A stretch of 64,000 nt of DNA, taken from the NCBI GenBank assembly GCA_963843575.1, contig CAWJKZ010000024.1, positions 96,001 through 160,000 of the forward strand, in the 5' to 3' direction. This DNA is from an uncultured Acidobacteriota bacterium. GTDB lineage: Bacteria > Acidobacteriota > UBA6911. Below are positions 18,420 through 27,920 of the stretch, piece after piece (position 1 is the stretch's first letter; each line of letters starts with the position of its first letter). The translations under genes were made by a program, and so were the position numbers. Below the pieces are notes generated by a model. It saw only the letters and a program-made list of their open reading frames with translations. It was not told the DNA's origin and did no database searches.

Positions 18420-19253
18420 CTAGGGCAGGGGGTGGATCTCGATTTTGCGGAAGTAGATCTCCGCGCCTTCGGACTGGAAGATGATTTTGCCGCGATCGTA
18501 CGTACAGCCGGTGGCCAGGTTCACCACGGTGCCGTTGACCACGTTCGTGATCTTATCGCCGTCGCAGACCACCTCGATCCTCGTCCACTTTCCGGGTCCG
18601 CTCTCGACGTCGTTGCGTCCCCGGAACCCAAGCGCATCCTTCCAGGCGGGATCGCGGCCGAACCAGTTGATGCGTCCTCGGGCGAACTCGCGCACCGGGG
18701 CGGAGAGGTCGTAGACGTCCTCGCCGTCTCTGTCTTTGCCGGCGGCGGCCTTCAGCTTGGGACCGAGCCGGCTGCCCTGCTCGTCATAACCCTCGACCAG
18801 GATGATGTCCCCTACGCCCCCCTGGATGATCTGGCACTCCACGGAGCGCATCCACGGTCCGGTGAATCCCTTGCCCGTGTTCCCGTCGGACCCCTGGCAG
18901 TGCAACAGGACGCCGCTGTCCATTGCTCCCGTCTTTCGCTCCCCCCAGGTCAGCAGGCCCCAGCGGAATTCGGCGACGAGCCGGTAGTTCGAAAACTCCT
19001 CGCGCGTGATAAAGGCGCCCCAGTGTTCGCCGCTGACCCGAATGGCGGGGGCGCCATCCACCTGGTCGACTACCGAGAACACCCTGTCGGGGTCGGCGTA
19101 CTTGGTGTCCGCCAGCCAGGTGTAGAAGTTGGTCAAGTCCTTCCCGTTAAACAGCACCCGGCCGGATTCCGCCGCGCCGGCGGGGGAGTTCGGGATGCCC
19201 GTGGAAATCAGGTAGGTGGCGAGAAACGCAATGGCCAGCTTCACGCTTTTCAT
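18420..19253 (-). CDS. DUF1080 (3-keto-disaccharide hydrolase-like) secreted protein
   Basis: Signal peptide, LFNGKDL, DSGV, ECQI, QSEGAEIYFRKI. Confidence 0.8.
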   Translation of the reverse strand: MKSVKLAIAFLATYLISTGIPNSPAGAAESGRVLFNGKDLTNFYTWLADTKYADPDRVFSVVDQVDGAPAIRVSGEHWGAFITREEFSNYRLVAEFRWGLLTWGERKTGAMDSGVLLHCQGSDGNTGKGFTGPWMRSVECQIIQGGVGDIILVEGYDEQGSRLGPKLKAAAGKDRDGEDVYDLSAPVREFARGRINWFGRDPAWKDALGFRGRNDVESGPGKWTRIEVVCDGDKITNVVNGTVVNLATGCTYDRGKIIFQSEGAEIYFRKIEIHPLP

Positions 19254-19267
19254 ATCTTTCTGCCGTT

Positions 19268-19377
19268 CAAGTGGGTCCGGGCTTCAGCCCGGACGTTCTT
19301 AAAGCCGTTGCATATCGTGACAGATGCACTTTACAGCCACTGTAAAAGACGTCCGGGCTGAAGCCCGGACCCACTTG
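19268..19377. repeat. REPIN-like doublet: perfect 29-bp inverted repeat
   Basis: CAAGTGGGTCCGGGCTTCAGCCCGGACGT (19268-19296) and its exact reverse complement (19349-19377); each arm is GTGG plus a hairpin. Confidence 0.85.
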
Positions 19378-19399
19378 TCTTATGGGCAGGGCGGGTGGT

Positions 19400-19894
19400 T
19401 CAACCGTTGGACAGCCAGCCCTTCTCCTCCCGCAGGGACCGGATCTGGGAGAGGTGATTCTCGCCGTGCCTGGAATAGATCGAGATGAGCTTGTCGGGGG
19501 TCATCTCCCCGGCTTCCGGGTGAAGCGCCGTGCGCGCCCAGTCCGATTCGGCAAGGCTTTTGAGCAGCGCGGCCCAACGTTCGTGCAGACCGCGGAGGAT
19601 GGCGAGTGACGGGGCCACCGGCAGTTTGGCATCGGGGAGGCCCGACCAGGCATTCTGGTCATAGGTCTTGAGGGTCGGGTGCTGCTCGGTCAGGATCAGT
19701 TTTGTGCGCACCAGCGCGTTCATGTGGGAGTCGGCCAGGTGATGAACCACCTGCCTGACGGTCCACCCGCCCTCCCGGTAGGGAGTGTCGAGTTGCGCGT
19801 CGGAAAGACCCCGCACAGCTTCCTCCACCTGCGCGGGCAAAGCTTCGATCTTCCGGATCATCTGCTGTCGGTTCGCCGCATCGGCCACGGGCAT
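19400..19894 (-). CDS. YfiT/DinB family thiol transferase (BstA-like)
   Basis: LDTPYREGGWTVRQVVHHLADSH, HERW, HGENH. Confidence 0.85.
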   Translation of the reverse strand: MPVADAANRQQMIRKIEALPAQVEEAVRGLSDAQLDTPYREGGWTVRQVVHHLADSHMNALVRTKLILTEQHPTLKTYDQNAWSGLPDAKLPVAPSLAILRGLHERWAALLKSLAESDWARTALHPEAGEMTPDKLISIYSRHGENHLSQIRSLREEKGWLSNG

Positions 19895-20024
19895 ATTCCT
19901 CCTTCGGAGGGTGGCGGGCTCTGAGGGGGACGCAGGCGTTCGCGGCAGTCGGTCTTCACCCTGCCGGATTTTTCTGCTAGGCTGCAACTGGCCCGCACAG
20001 ACTCCGGTGAGACGATTGTATTTC

Positions 20025-21914
20025 ATGAAGGGCAGGATCCATACCTTTTCCCTGTTGTTTTTTATTCTGGCTGCCGCCGCGCGCCCCGCCGATGCGGCGC
20101 GGGAGCGCTGGACCGGCATCGCGACCCCCAACTTCCTCGTGGCGGGGAACGCTCCGGACCAGGATATCCGCCGGGCGGCGCTGAAGCTGGAGCAGTTTCG
20201 GGAAGTGCTCGCGCGCCTTTTCGGCAAGGCGGACCTCCGCACCTCGTCCCCCGTGCGTGTACTCCTGTTCCGCAACCAGGCTTCTTACGAAACCGTGCGC
20301 CCGGTTCAGAACGGGAAACCGTCCCCGGCGACGGGATTCTTCCAGCCCGGGCGCGAAGTCCACTACATCGCCCTGACGCTGGACACTCCCAACGCCGATC
20401 CGTGGGCCGTCGCCCTGCACGAGTACGTCCACGTGCTGCTTCACGAGAATTCCCGGGTCGTTCCCCTGTGGTTCGCCGAAGGCCTGGCGGAGTACTACAG
20501 CACGTTCGAGGTGCTGACCGGCGAGAAACGGGTTCGCGTCGGGACGCCGCCGGAGCGGCACCTGGAGGCGCTCAAAAGCGGGCCGCTGCTCCCGCTGGAA
20601 GAGCTGTTTGCCGTGGACCGGGAGTCGCCGCGCTACAACGAGGCCGACAAGCAGGGCGTGTTCTACGCCGAGTCCTGGGCCCTCGTTCACTATCTCATGC
20701 TCGGGAAAAACCAGCGTCGCCAGCCAAAGGTCGCCCACTTCATCAAGAAAATCGGCGCAGGCGAGCCGGCTGGCGACAGTTTCCGGGGCGTGTTCGAGAC
20801 CAGCCTCCGCGAGATGGACACCGAACTCGAAAAATACGTCCGCACGGCGGACTACCCCGTACAGGTCGTCACCTTCGACCAACGCTTGGCCGCCGACCGC
20901 GAATTCAAGTCCCTTGCCGTGTCCGAGGCGCAGGCTCAGTTTTACATGGCGGATCTCCTCTTCCACATGAACCGCACCGCCGAAGCTCAGGCGATTCTCG
21001 CGACGGCCCTGCAGCTGGACCCGCGCCTCGCCGAGGCGCGCGCCGTCCTGGCCGTGCTCCTCGCTTCGCAGGGGAAGTCGGGCCAGGCCAGGGACGAGAT
21101 CGACAAGGTGCCCGTGGCGCCCGACAACTTCCTCGTGGGGTACTATCGCGCCCTCGTGCTGAGCGGCGCCGCGGCTCCCGGCGGCGGGCCGGCGATCCCG
21201 GAGCAGGCGGAAATCGTCCGCAGCACCCTGGGGAAACTGATCGAGACCGCCCCGGCATTCACAGAGTCATACAACCTCCTCGCCACGTACAACGCCAATA
21301 CCGGAGTGCCCGCGGCAGAATGCATAGAGCTGATCGAGAAGGCGCTCCGGATCGCCCCGGGTCGGCAGGAACTCCTCCTGACCCTTGCCCGCCTGCACCT
21401 GCGCAACGACGACTGGACCTTGGCTCGGGATATCGCCGAGAGGGTTGCCGCCGGGGCGACGACCTCCGAAATCGCCGCCGAAGCCAGGAGCATCCGGGAG
21501 CGGACCCGGGAGGCCGCAGCACGTCAGGCCGGGGTCGCCCTCCCGAGCGACACGTTCGATCGGCAACCGGACGTCGGGGAGCGGCTCGCCCGCCAGGCCA
21601 CCAGCGGAGGCACGGTTACGGAACAGCCCGGCCCGGACAACACCGAACAGGTTTCGGGGATGCTCGTCGAGATCGTGTGCCGTGACCGGCAGATAAGCCT
21701 CTTCGTTCAGGCCGGGGCGCGCCGCCTCGTCTTTCGGTCCGACACCCCGCAAGACATCGCGTTCACGAGCTACACCCCGGAGGTCGTTGCCCGCATCCGG
21801 TGCGGCCCGCGGAATCCGGCGGTACCGGTCGTGGTTCGGTTCCGCCCGACCCCGGAGGAGCCCGATCGCGCCGGCGACCCGGTCGCGGTTGATTTCGTTG
21901 CGCCGGGAAACTAG
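20025..21914 (+). CDS. Secreted gluzincin-like (DUF1570/peptidase MA-like) + TPR protein
   Basis: Signal peptide; HEYVH...WFAEGLAEYY; FYAESWALVHYL; helical repeats. Confidence 0.7.
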   Translation: MKGRIHTFSLLFFILAAAARPADAARERWTGIATPNFLVAGNAPDQDIRRAALKLEQFREVLARLFGKADLRTSSPVRVLLFRNQASYETVRPVQNGKPSPATGFFQPGREVHYIALTLDTPNADPWAVALHEYVHVLLHENSRVVPLWFAEGLAEYYSTFEVLTGEKRVRVGTPPERHLEALKSGPLLPLEELFAVDRESPRYNEADKQGVFYAESWALVHYLMLGKNQRRQPKVAHFIKKIGAGEPAGDSFRGVFETSLREMDTELEKYVRTADYPVQVVTFDQRLAADREFKSLAVSEAQAQFYMADLLFHMNRTAEAQAILATALQLDPRLAEARAVLAVLLASQGKSGQARDEIDKVPVAPDNFLVGYYRALVLSGAAAPGGGPAIPEQAEIVRSTLGKLIETAPAFTESYNLLATYNANTGVPAAECIELIEKALRIAPGRQELLLTLARLHLRNDDWTLARDIAERVAAGATTSEIAAEARSIRERTREAAARQAGVALPSDTFDRQPDVGERLARQATSGGTVTEQPGPDNTEQVSGMLVEIVCRDRQISLFVQAGARRLVFRSDTPQDIAFTSYTPEVVARIRCGPRNPAVPVVVRFRPTPEEPDRAGDPVAVDFVAPGN

Positions 21915-21985
21915 GAGAAGCGTAAGGGAAGAAAAGGGTCCACGGAATTCCTCCTTGGCCCCCACAGCACGCCGGAGAGTGCACG

Positions 21986-22417
21986 ATGAGAAAAACAGCC
22001 CTGTTGACGTTTGCCGCACTGGTTGTGACCGTCCTGCCGGTCCTCGCCCAGGACGTGGTCAGCTACAAGGACCTCAAGGGCATCCAGTTCCGCGAGTACC
22101 AGATGGTGATCACCATCGACTCGTTCGACTGCGAGGCGAAGATCGGCAAGAAGTGCCGGATGTCCGTGACGGTCGAGAACAAGGGAGACAAGCCCGAGCT
22201 CTTCAACGGCACCCAACTGTCCATCGATAACGGCCGGGGGACCGGCTACCGCGCCGTCCCCCCCGAAGGCGAGTCCGCGGCGTCGCTGAAGCGCGAGCTG
22301 AAGCCGGGAGAGTCAGCCAAATTCAGCATGCTGTTCGACGGGCGCATCCACTTCGACCGGCGCGAGCCGGCGCACCTGCGCTATGCCAACACCTCGAAGC
22401 TGCGCATAATCCAGTAA
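21986..22417 (+). CDS. Small secreted beta-sandwich protein (DUF4352-like)
   Basis: Signal peptide VLA-Q; VTVENKG, LKPGES motif; one Cys pair. Confidence 0.6.
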   Translation: MRKTALLTFAALVVTVLPVLAQDVVSYKDLKGIQFREYQMVITIDSFDCEAKIGKKCRMSVTVENKGDKPELFNGTQLSIDNGRGTGYRAVPPEGESAASLKRELKPGESAKFSMLFDGRIHFDRREPAHLRYANTSKLRIIQ

Positions 22418-22425
22418 AAGCGCGT

Positions 22426-22510
22426 TTCTTCGAGAGCCTTGAAGCCTTTGAGACTTCGAGGTGGCTTTTGCAGCTCCACCTCGAAGTCTCAACGCCTCGA
22501 AGAATCTCAA
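22426..22510. repeat. Palindromic repeat family B, intact copy
   Basis: Perfect 17-bp IR TTGAGACTTCGAGGTGG / CCACCTCGAAGTCTCAA plus outer TTCTTCGAG / CTCGAAGAA; between convergent genes. Confidence 0.8.
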
Positions 22511-22523
22511 AGGGGGCCGGGGA

Positions 22524-23846
22524 TCACCGGAAAAAGAGGAGCCACACCACCGTGAACACCGGGATGAGGACGGGGATTGAGTACTTGAAGATGTAGCCGA
22601 AAAACGAAGGGCACTCGACCCCCGAGTGCTCCGCGATCGACTTGACCATGAAGTTCGGGCCGTTGCCGATGTAGGTGTTGGCCCCGAAGAAGACCGACCC
22701 CACCGAGATCGCCTGCAGGAAGCGCCCGTGCTCCGCGACGAAGATCTTCATGTGAGAGGGGTCTCCCAGGGTGAACTGGTGCAGCCCCAGGGCTGCGCTG
22801 AGGAAATTCAGGTAGGTGGGGGCGTTGTCCAGAAAGCTCGATAGTAACCCGGATCCCCAGTAGTATTGCCCCGGCGAACGAATGCCCAGCCGGTCGGCGT
22901 TCAGCGCCAGCCAGTCGAGCGCGGGTACCATCGTCGCAAAGATCCCCGCAAACAGTATGGCCACTTCCTTGATGGGGGCGAAGGTAAACTCGTTGGCCCG
23001 CAACGCGTCCTTGCGGCCGAACCTGTAGGCTGCGGCCGCGGCGCCGGCCATGATCAGTTCGCGGACCGGGGAGGCGGCGAAGACCGCGGCCAGGATGATG
23101 AAGAGGAAAATGAAGTTCTGCGCGCCGACGAGGTGAAACCGGCTGCCGCGCACCGCATGGTGCGCCGTCTCCACCCAGCGGCGGTAGGAGTAGGTGTCGA
23201 TCAGGAAGAACACGCCGAGGACGAGCGCCAGGGCCAGCAGCCAGATGTGCCAGATGTTGAGAATCGTCCAGTGGAACGGCACCCCGTTGAGATAGCCCAG
23301 GAACAGAGGGGGATCCCCGATCGGCGTAAGGGCGCCTCCGATGTTGCTGACGATGAATATGAAGAAGACCACGTGAAAGCTGCGTATGCGCGGCTTGTTG
23401 ATCCGGATGAACGGGCGTATCAGCAGCATCGAAGCGCCCGTCGTGCCGACCAGATTGGAGACCACGGCACCGATCGCAAGCAGCGCGGCGTTCATCAGCG
23501 GTGTGGCGTGCCGCTCCGTGTGCAGGAAAATCCCCCCGGCCGCCACGAACAACGACCCGATCAGCGCGATGAAGCTCAGGTAGTCCAAACCGACGTGCAC
23601 CATCCGATGGTAGTCGAGGTAGAGCGTGTAGTAGGCGAGCACCACGAAGCCCAGCCCGAGCGAGACGTGGGGGTAGTATCTGTCCCACCAACTGCGGTTG
23701 ACGAACGGGACGAGCGCGATGGCCAGCAGCAGCGCGATGAACGGGGTCAGCATCCAGGCCTTGACGAGCGGCACCTGCGGCTCCGCCGACCAGCCGCAGG
23801 CGGGGAGCGCCAGCACGAGAGTCGTGACCAGCAGCGTCTTACGCAT
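22524..23846 (-). CDS. Putative sodium:proton antiporter (IT superfamily)
   Basis: Multi-TM; GTTGASMLLIRP, SNIGGALTPIGDPPLFLG, LDNAPTY, YIGNGPNFM. Confidence 0.8.
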   Translation of the reverse strand: MRKTLLVTTLVLALPACGWSAEPQVPLVKAWMLTPFIALLLAIALVPFVNRSWWDRYYPHVSLGLGFVVLAYYTLYLDYHRMVHVGLDYLSFIALIGSLFVAAGGIFLHTERHATPLMNAALLAIGAVVSNLVGTTGASMLLIRPFIRINKPRIRSFHVVFFIFIVSNIGGALTPIGDPPLFLGYLNGVPFHWTILNIWHIWLLALALVLGVFFLIDTYSYRRWVETAHHAVRGSRFHLVGAQNFIFLFIILAAVFAASPVRELIMAGAAAAAYRFGRKDALRANEFTFAPIKEVAILFAGIFATMVPALDWLALNADRLGIRSPGQYYWGSGLLSSFLDNAPTYLNFLSAALGLHQFTLGDPSHMKIFVAEHGRFLQAISVGSVFFGANTYIGNGPNFMVKSIAEHSGVECPSFFGYIFKYSIPVLIPVFTVVWLLFFR

Positions 23847-23923
23847 GAGCGGCGAATATAGCTCAGGGCAGCCCCGGCTGCAACGGGAGCGCGACGGTGG
23901 CGATACCATCCGGGAAAAGAACG

Positions 23924-23948
23924 ACTTTATATCACAAAGTACTTGACA
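23924..23948 (+). promoter_or_regulatory. Palindromic operator abutting a TTGACA -35
   Basis: ACTTT-ATATCAC-AAAGT then ACTTGACA; second copy at 25034-25053. Confidence 0.6.
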
Positions 23949-23994
23949 CTGGCGCAGACTGCTGCGATGATGTAGCTGACAAGGAGGGGGTCGC

Positions 23995-24602
23995 ATGATG
24001 GAACCGCCCAGCATCGAAACCGCGCGCGAGCACCTGCTCTACATCCGCCGCACGCTGGAGGCGGCGGGCCAGTTCACGGCGGTCCCCGGAAAATGCCTGG
24101 TGGGCGCCGGGATGGTCGCCTTGGCGGGCGTCGAGGTGAATCTCCGGTTTACCGGTGCGCCCTGGGGCGCCGCGGCCTCGCAGCGGCTTGGCGCTCGACA
24201 CCTGGGGGTTGGTGCTGGGCCTCTCGGTGGCGCTGGTCTCCTTCGGCATCTACCGGAAATCGCGTCTCATCCAGTCGCCGCTGCAGGCACCCCTGGTCCG
24301 CAAGCTGCTCTGGAGCCTCTGCCCGGCGCTGTTTGTCGGAGGCCTCCTCACTAGCGTCGCCATCAGGACCCAGGCCCTCCAATGGCTGCCGACCATCTGG
24401 CTGGGCTGCTATGGGGCCGCCATAACCAGCGGAGGGCAGGTGTCGGTCGCGCCGGTGCGTTTCATGGGCCTCTGCTTCCTCCTGGCCGCATCGGCATCCG
24501 CCATGTCCCCGGGAGGGATGGGGTTGACCTGGCTGGCCGTAGGGTTTCGGGTGGCTGCACCTGATTTTCGGCGCGTACATCGCCTGGAGGCATAATGGCT
24601 AA
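23995..24602 (+). CDS. Conserved integral membrane protein (frameshifted, probably assembly indels)
   Basis: HLLYIRRTLEAAGQFTAVPG, then hydrophobic segments in a second frame (WLGCYGAAITSGG), and WLHLIFGAYIAWRHNG in a third. Confidence 0.6.
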
Positions 24603-24620
24603 GACACAAAAAGCCGGCCG

Positions 24621-25000
24621 GTGCCGAGCGAGCTCGACCCGCTCATCCACGAACGGCTGCGGCTCGGCATCCTCTCCGCCCTGACGGTGCAGGAGGCGCT
24701 CAGCTTCACCGAGTTGCGCGACCTACTGCAGACGACCGACGGCAACCTCAGCGTGCAGGCCCGCAAGCTGGAGGAAGCCGGGTACATCATGTGCGACAAG
24801 AAGTTCGAGCAGCGCAAGCCACGCAGCACGTATCGGCTGAGTGCCGGAGGGGCGTTCGGCGCTGGAGGAGTACCTGGAGATTCTTTCCCTCCTGCTTCCG
24901 GACCTCGGCCAGGTGCGCAACGGCCGTGCTGCGCGCCCGCTGCCGCGCGGGGTCAACCCTCTCCCGTCGCACAGCTGACCCCCGGCGGGCGAGGGCGGTG
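24621..25000 (+). CDS. Winged-helix transcriptional regulator (ArsR/MarR-like), frameshift near 24850; end approximate
   Basis: [17 protein letters not shown]...[29 protein letters not shown]...KF..RKPRSTY; continues [10 protein letters not shown] in shifted frame. Confidence 0.7.
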
Positions 25001-25033
25001 CGGAGGGCGGAGGGTATTTTTTTCGCGCCTTCG

Positions 25034-25053
25034 CTTTACGATGCAAAGAACTT
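25034..25053 (+). promoter_or_regulatory. Second copy of CTTT-N7-AAAG operator upstream of uppS
   Basis: CTTTACGATGCAAAGAACTT versus CTTTATATCACAAAGTACTT at 23925-23944. Confidence 0.55.
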
Positions 25054-25071
25054 AGTCAAAGGAGCAGCAAG

Positions 25072-25792
25072 ATGGGTCCTCTCCGGCACGTGGCGATCAT
25101 CATGGACGGTAACGGCAGGTGGGCGGAACAGCGCGGTATGCCACGCTGGAAGGGGCACGAGATGGGCGCGCAGGCCGTGCGCCGCGCCACCGAGGCTGCG
25201 TGCCGCAACGAATCGGGGCCCTCACCCTGTTTGCCTTCTCCAGCGAGAACTGGAAACGCCCGGCGAAGGAAGTCCATATCCTGTTCAGTCTGCTGCGCCG
25301 TTACTTGGTGGAGGAGACCCGGGAACTTCGGAAAAACGATATACGGCTGAGTGCCATCGGCAGGCGGGACCGGTTGTCGACGTCCGTGCGCCAGGCGTTG
25401 GACGCCACCGAAGAGGCGACACGGTCGGCCGCAGGCTTCATCTCAGGCTGGCACTCGATTACGGCGCGCGCCACGAGATACTCGAGGCGGCGCGCGCCCT
25501 CGCCCGCCGGGTGGGCCGCGGCGAATTGCGTCCCGAGGAGATCGACGAGGACCGTTTCGAGGCCGGACTCTGCGGGCCCGGGGTGCCGGATCCCGACCTG
25601 ATCATCCGGACCGCGGGTGAACGGCGGCTGTCGAATTTCCTGCTCTGGCAGGCCGCGTACGCGGAACTCTACTTCTGCCCGGCGCTCTGGCCGGATTTCG
25701 ACGAGGAGGACTTCGAGGACGCCCTGGCCGATTATCGGTCCCGCACGCGGAAGTACGGGGCGGTCGTCAGCGCGACCGGTACCATCGGATGA
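25072..25792 (+). CDS. uppS: Undecaprenyl diphosphate synthase / cis-prenyltransferase, two frameshifts
   Basis: [44 protein letters not shown]...LWPDF spread over three frames. Confidence 0.85.
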
Positions 25793-25818
25793 GTGGGCGG
25801 GGTCGGCCCGCCCCGCCC
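25793..25818 (+). repeat. GTGG-type REP-like hairpin
   Basis: GTGGGCGGGGTCGGCCCGCCCCGCCC; stem covaries with the 13916 copy. Confidence 0.6.
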
Positions 25819-25891
25819 CAGTGACTGCAGCCGGGATTGATCGACCAAACGGGGGATCAGGTGGATCCGCGGGACTGCGTCGGCCCACTCC

Positions 25892-26668
25892 CTACCGCCG
25901 AACGGTGCCGCCGTCGACGACCAGGGTCTGTCCGGTCACGAAACCCGACATGGGATGACGCGAGAAACAGGGCGGCGTCGGCCACTTCCTTCGGCGTGCC
26001 CCATCGTTTCAGCGGGGTGTCCTCGGCGAACCTGCGCCGGGTTTCCGGATCGAGCGCGTCGAAGGTGGCCGAGGTGTGGATGTTGCCGAGGACGAGCGCG
26101 TTGGCCCGGATATTCCACTTCCCGTATCCGTGGGCGACATCCTTCATCAGCCCGAGGACGCCCGCCTTGGCGACCGTGTAGGGCGCCCCCTGGAATCCCT
26201 GCAGCGCCGGCGTGGAGGACACGTACAGGATGCTGCCGGCCCCCTGCCTCATCATGAGCGGCAGGGCCTCGTAGGTGCAGAATACCGACCCCAGTGTGTC
26301 GACGCGAAACACCTCCAGGTACCACGACTCGAGCTTCGCCTCGGGGGTCTGGTCGAGCGGGGTGTCCCACAACTCGCCCAGGAAATGGAAAGCCGGCGTT
26401 GCAGACGAGCGCGTCGAGCCTGTCGGACGACCAGCGGCGCACCTCGCGGAACAAGTCGGAGACGCTGGCCTGGACGGAGACGTCGCACGCTTTCCCCAGC
26501 ACCTCGACGGAAAACCTCTCACGCAGGTCGGCCGCGACCGATTCGCAATCCTGGGGGTGACGCGACGTGAGCGCCACGTTGGCGCCGTTGCTGGGCGAAC
26601 GTTTCGGCCACCGCCCGGCCAATGCCCCGGGTGGAGCCGGTGATCAGCGCGTATCGGTTCTGGAGCAT
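25892..26668 (-). CDS. SDR family oxidoreductase, about three frameshifts
   Basis: MLQNRYALITGSTRGIG; CDVS; CNAG; YTVAK; VTGQTLVVDGG in different frames. Confidence 0.8.
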
Positions 26669-26744
26669 TCCATTCCGGCTCATCGGTCTAAGGTGTTCCC
26701 GGCTAATCCGATATTATGGATTCGGTTTTGCGCGAATTCCAGCG

Positions 26745-26858
26745 GAACGCGGGGGATTTTCGCGGATTCACGCGGCCCGTGACCATGTCACTATCCGCGT
26801 GCATCCGCGCAAATCCGCGTCCAAGAGATGTTAGCGTATCTATGAACACAAGTACCAA
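26745..26858. repeat. MITE-like family A, copy 3 (reverse orientation, diverged)
   Basis: Reverse complement GTACTTGTGTTCATAGATACGCTAACATCTCTTGGACGCGGAT resembles the left end GTACTGATGTTCACAAATACGCCAACGTCTTTTTCAGGACGCGGAT at 14755. Confidence 0.7.
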
Positions 26859-26877
26859 GGGGTGGTGAGGACCGGAA

Positions 26878-27726
26878 ATGGCTGGAACCTGGAAACCCGA
26901 GGGAATGACCTGGACCAACCTGGCCGGCAGGATGTGGCGTGTCATGAACGAGGACGACATCTTCGGCCAGGCGGCCAAGCTGGCTTACTACTTCGTCCTG
27001 AGCACCGTCCCGATGCTGATGTGTGTTGTGACGGCGCTGGGAATGTTCACCCGCGACGAGGAACTGCGGGGGCGGCTCCTGTCCTACCTGAACGCGTTCG
27101 CGCCGCCGTCGGCATCGGCGCTGATCTACCGGGTCGTTGAGGAGATCGGGCAGAGCGGGGGAGGGAAGCTGTCGCTGGGCCTTGTCATCGCGCTGTGGGC
27201 GGCTTCGAGCGGAACGGGGGCGGTCATCGAGGCGCTCAACGTCGCCTACGACGCCAGGGAGACCCGCCCCTGGTGGAAAACCCGGCTCCTGGCGATAGCC
27301 CTGACCGTGACGCTGTCCTGCGCGGTGATCGTCGGGCTGGTTCTGCTGCTGTACGGTGGCTGGATCGCCGGCTTCGTCTCGAGGGTGCGCGGGCTCGGCG
27401 GTGCTTTCGTGGTGACGTGGAGCCTGCTCCAGTGGCCGTTCATCGTGCTGAGCATGCTCGCGGCGTTTGTCCTCCTGTACCGGCTCGGTCCGGACGTCCG
27501 GGGCCGCGCGCTGCGCCGGGTCTGGCCAGGGGCCGTGGTCGGAGTAGTCCTCTGGCTATCCGTCTCATTCGGGCTGCGCCTCTACTTCCTGTTTTTCGAC
27601 TCCTACAGCATCACCTACGGCTCACTCGGCGCGGTCGTGGTCCTTATGCTCTGGTTCTGGTTTACCGGGATGGCGATCCTGGTCGGCGGCGAGTACAACG
27701 CAGTGCTGGCCCAGGACAACGGTTGA
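26878..27726 (+). CDS. YihY/BrkB family membrane protein
   Basis: AAKLAYYFVLS, ALNVAYD.RETRPW, YGSLGAVVVLMLW. Confidence 0.85.
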   Translation: MAGTWKPEGMTWTNLAGRMWRVMNEDDIFGQAAKLAYYFVLSTVPMLMCVVTALGMFTRDEELRGRLLSYLNAFAPPSASALIYRVVEEIGQSGGGKLSLGLVIALWAASSGTGAVIEALNVAYDARETRPWWKTRLLAIALTVTLSCAVIVGLVLLLYGGWIAGFVSRVRGLGGAFVVTWSLLQWPFIVLSMLAAFVLLYRLGPDVRGRALRRVWPGAVVGVVLWLSVSFGLRLYFLFFDSYSITYGSLGAVVVLMLWFWFTGMAILVGGEYNAVLAQDNG

Positions 27727-27920
27727 TCTGCCCAACGTGATGTAAGAGAAGTGCGTCCATCTTCAGCCCAAACGCACCTGCTTTTTCGGAATCCGCCACC
27801 CGTTGCACAGCCCCTGCAGCCCGGACCCGCTTGCCCGACCCGATATCCGATGTTGCCGTTGGGCGCTTTTTTGGCATAATCGCGGCACCGGGCTCCAACG
27901 GATGGACCGGGAGGCTGCCG

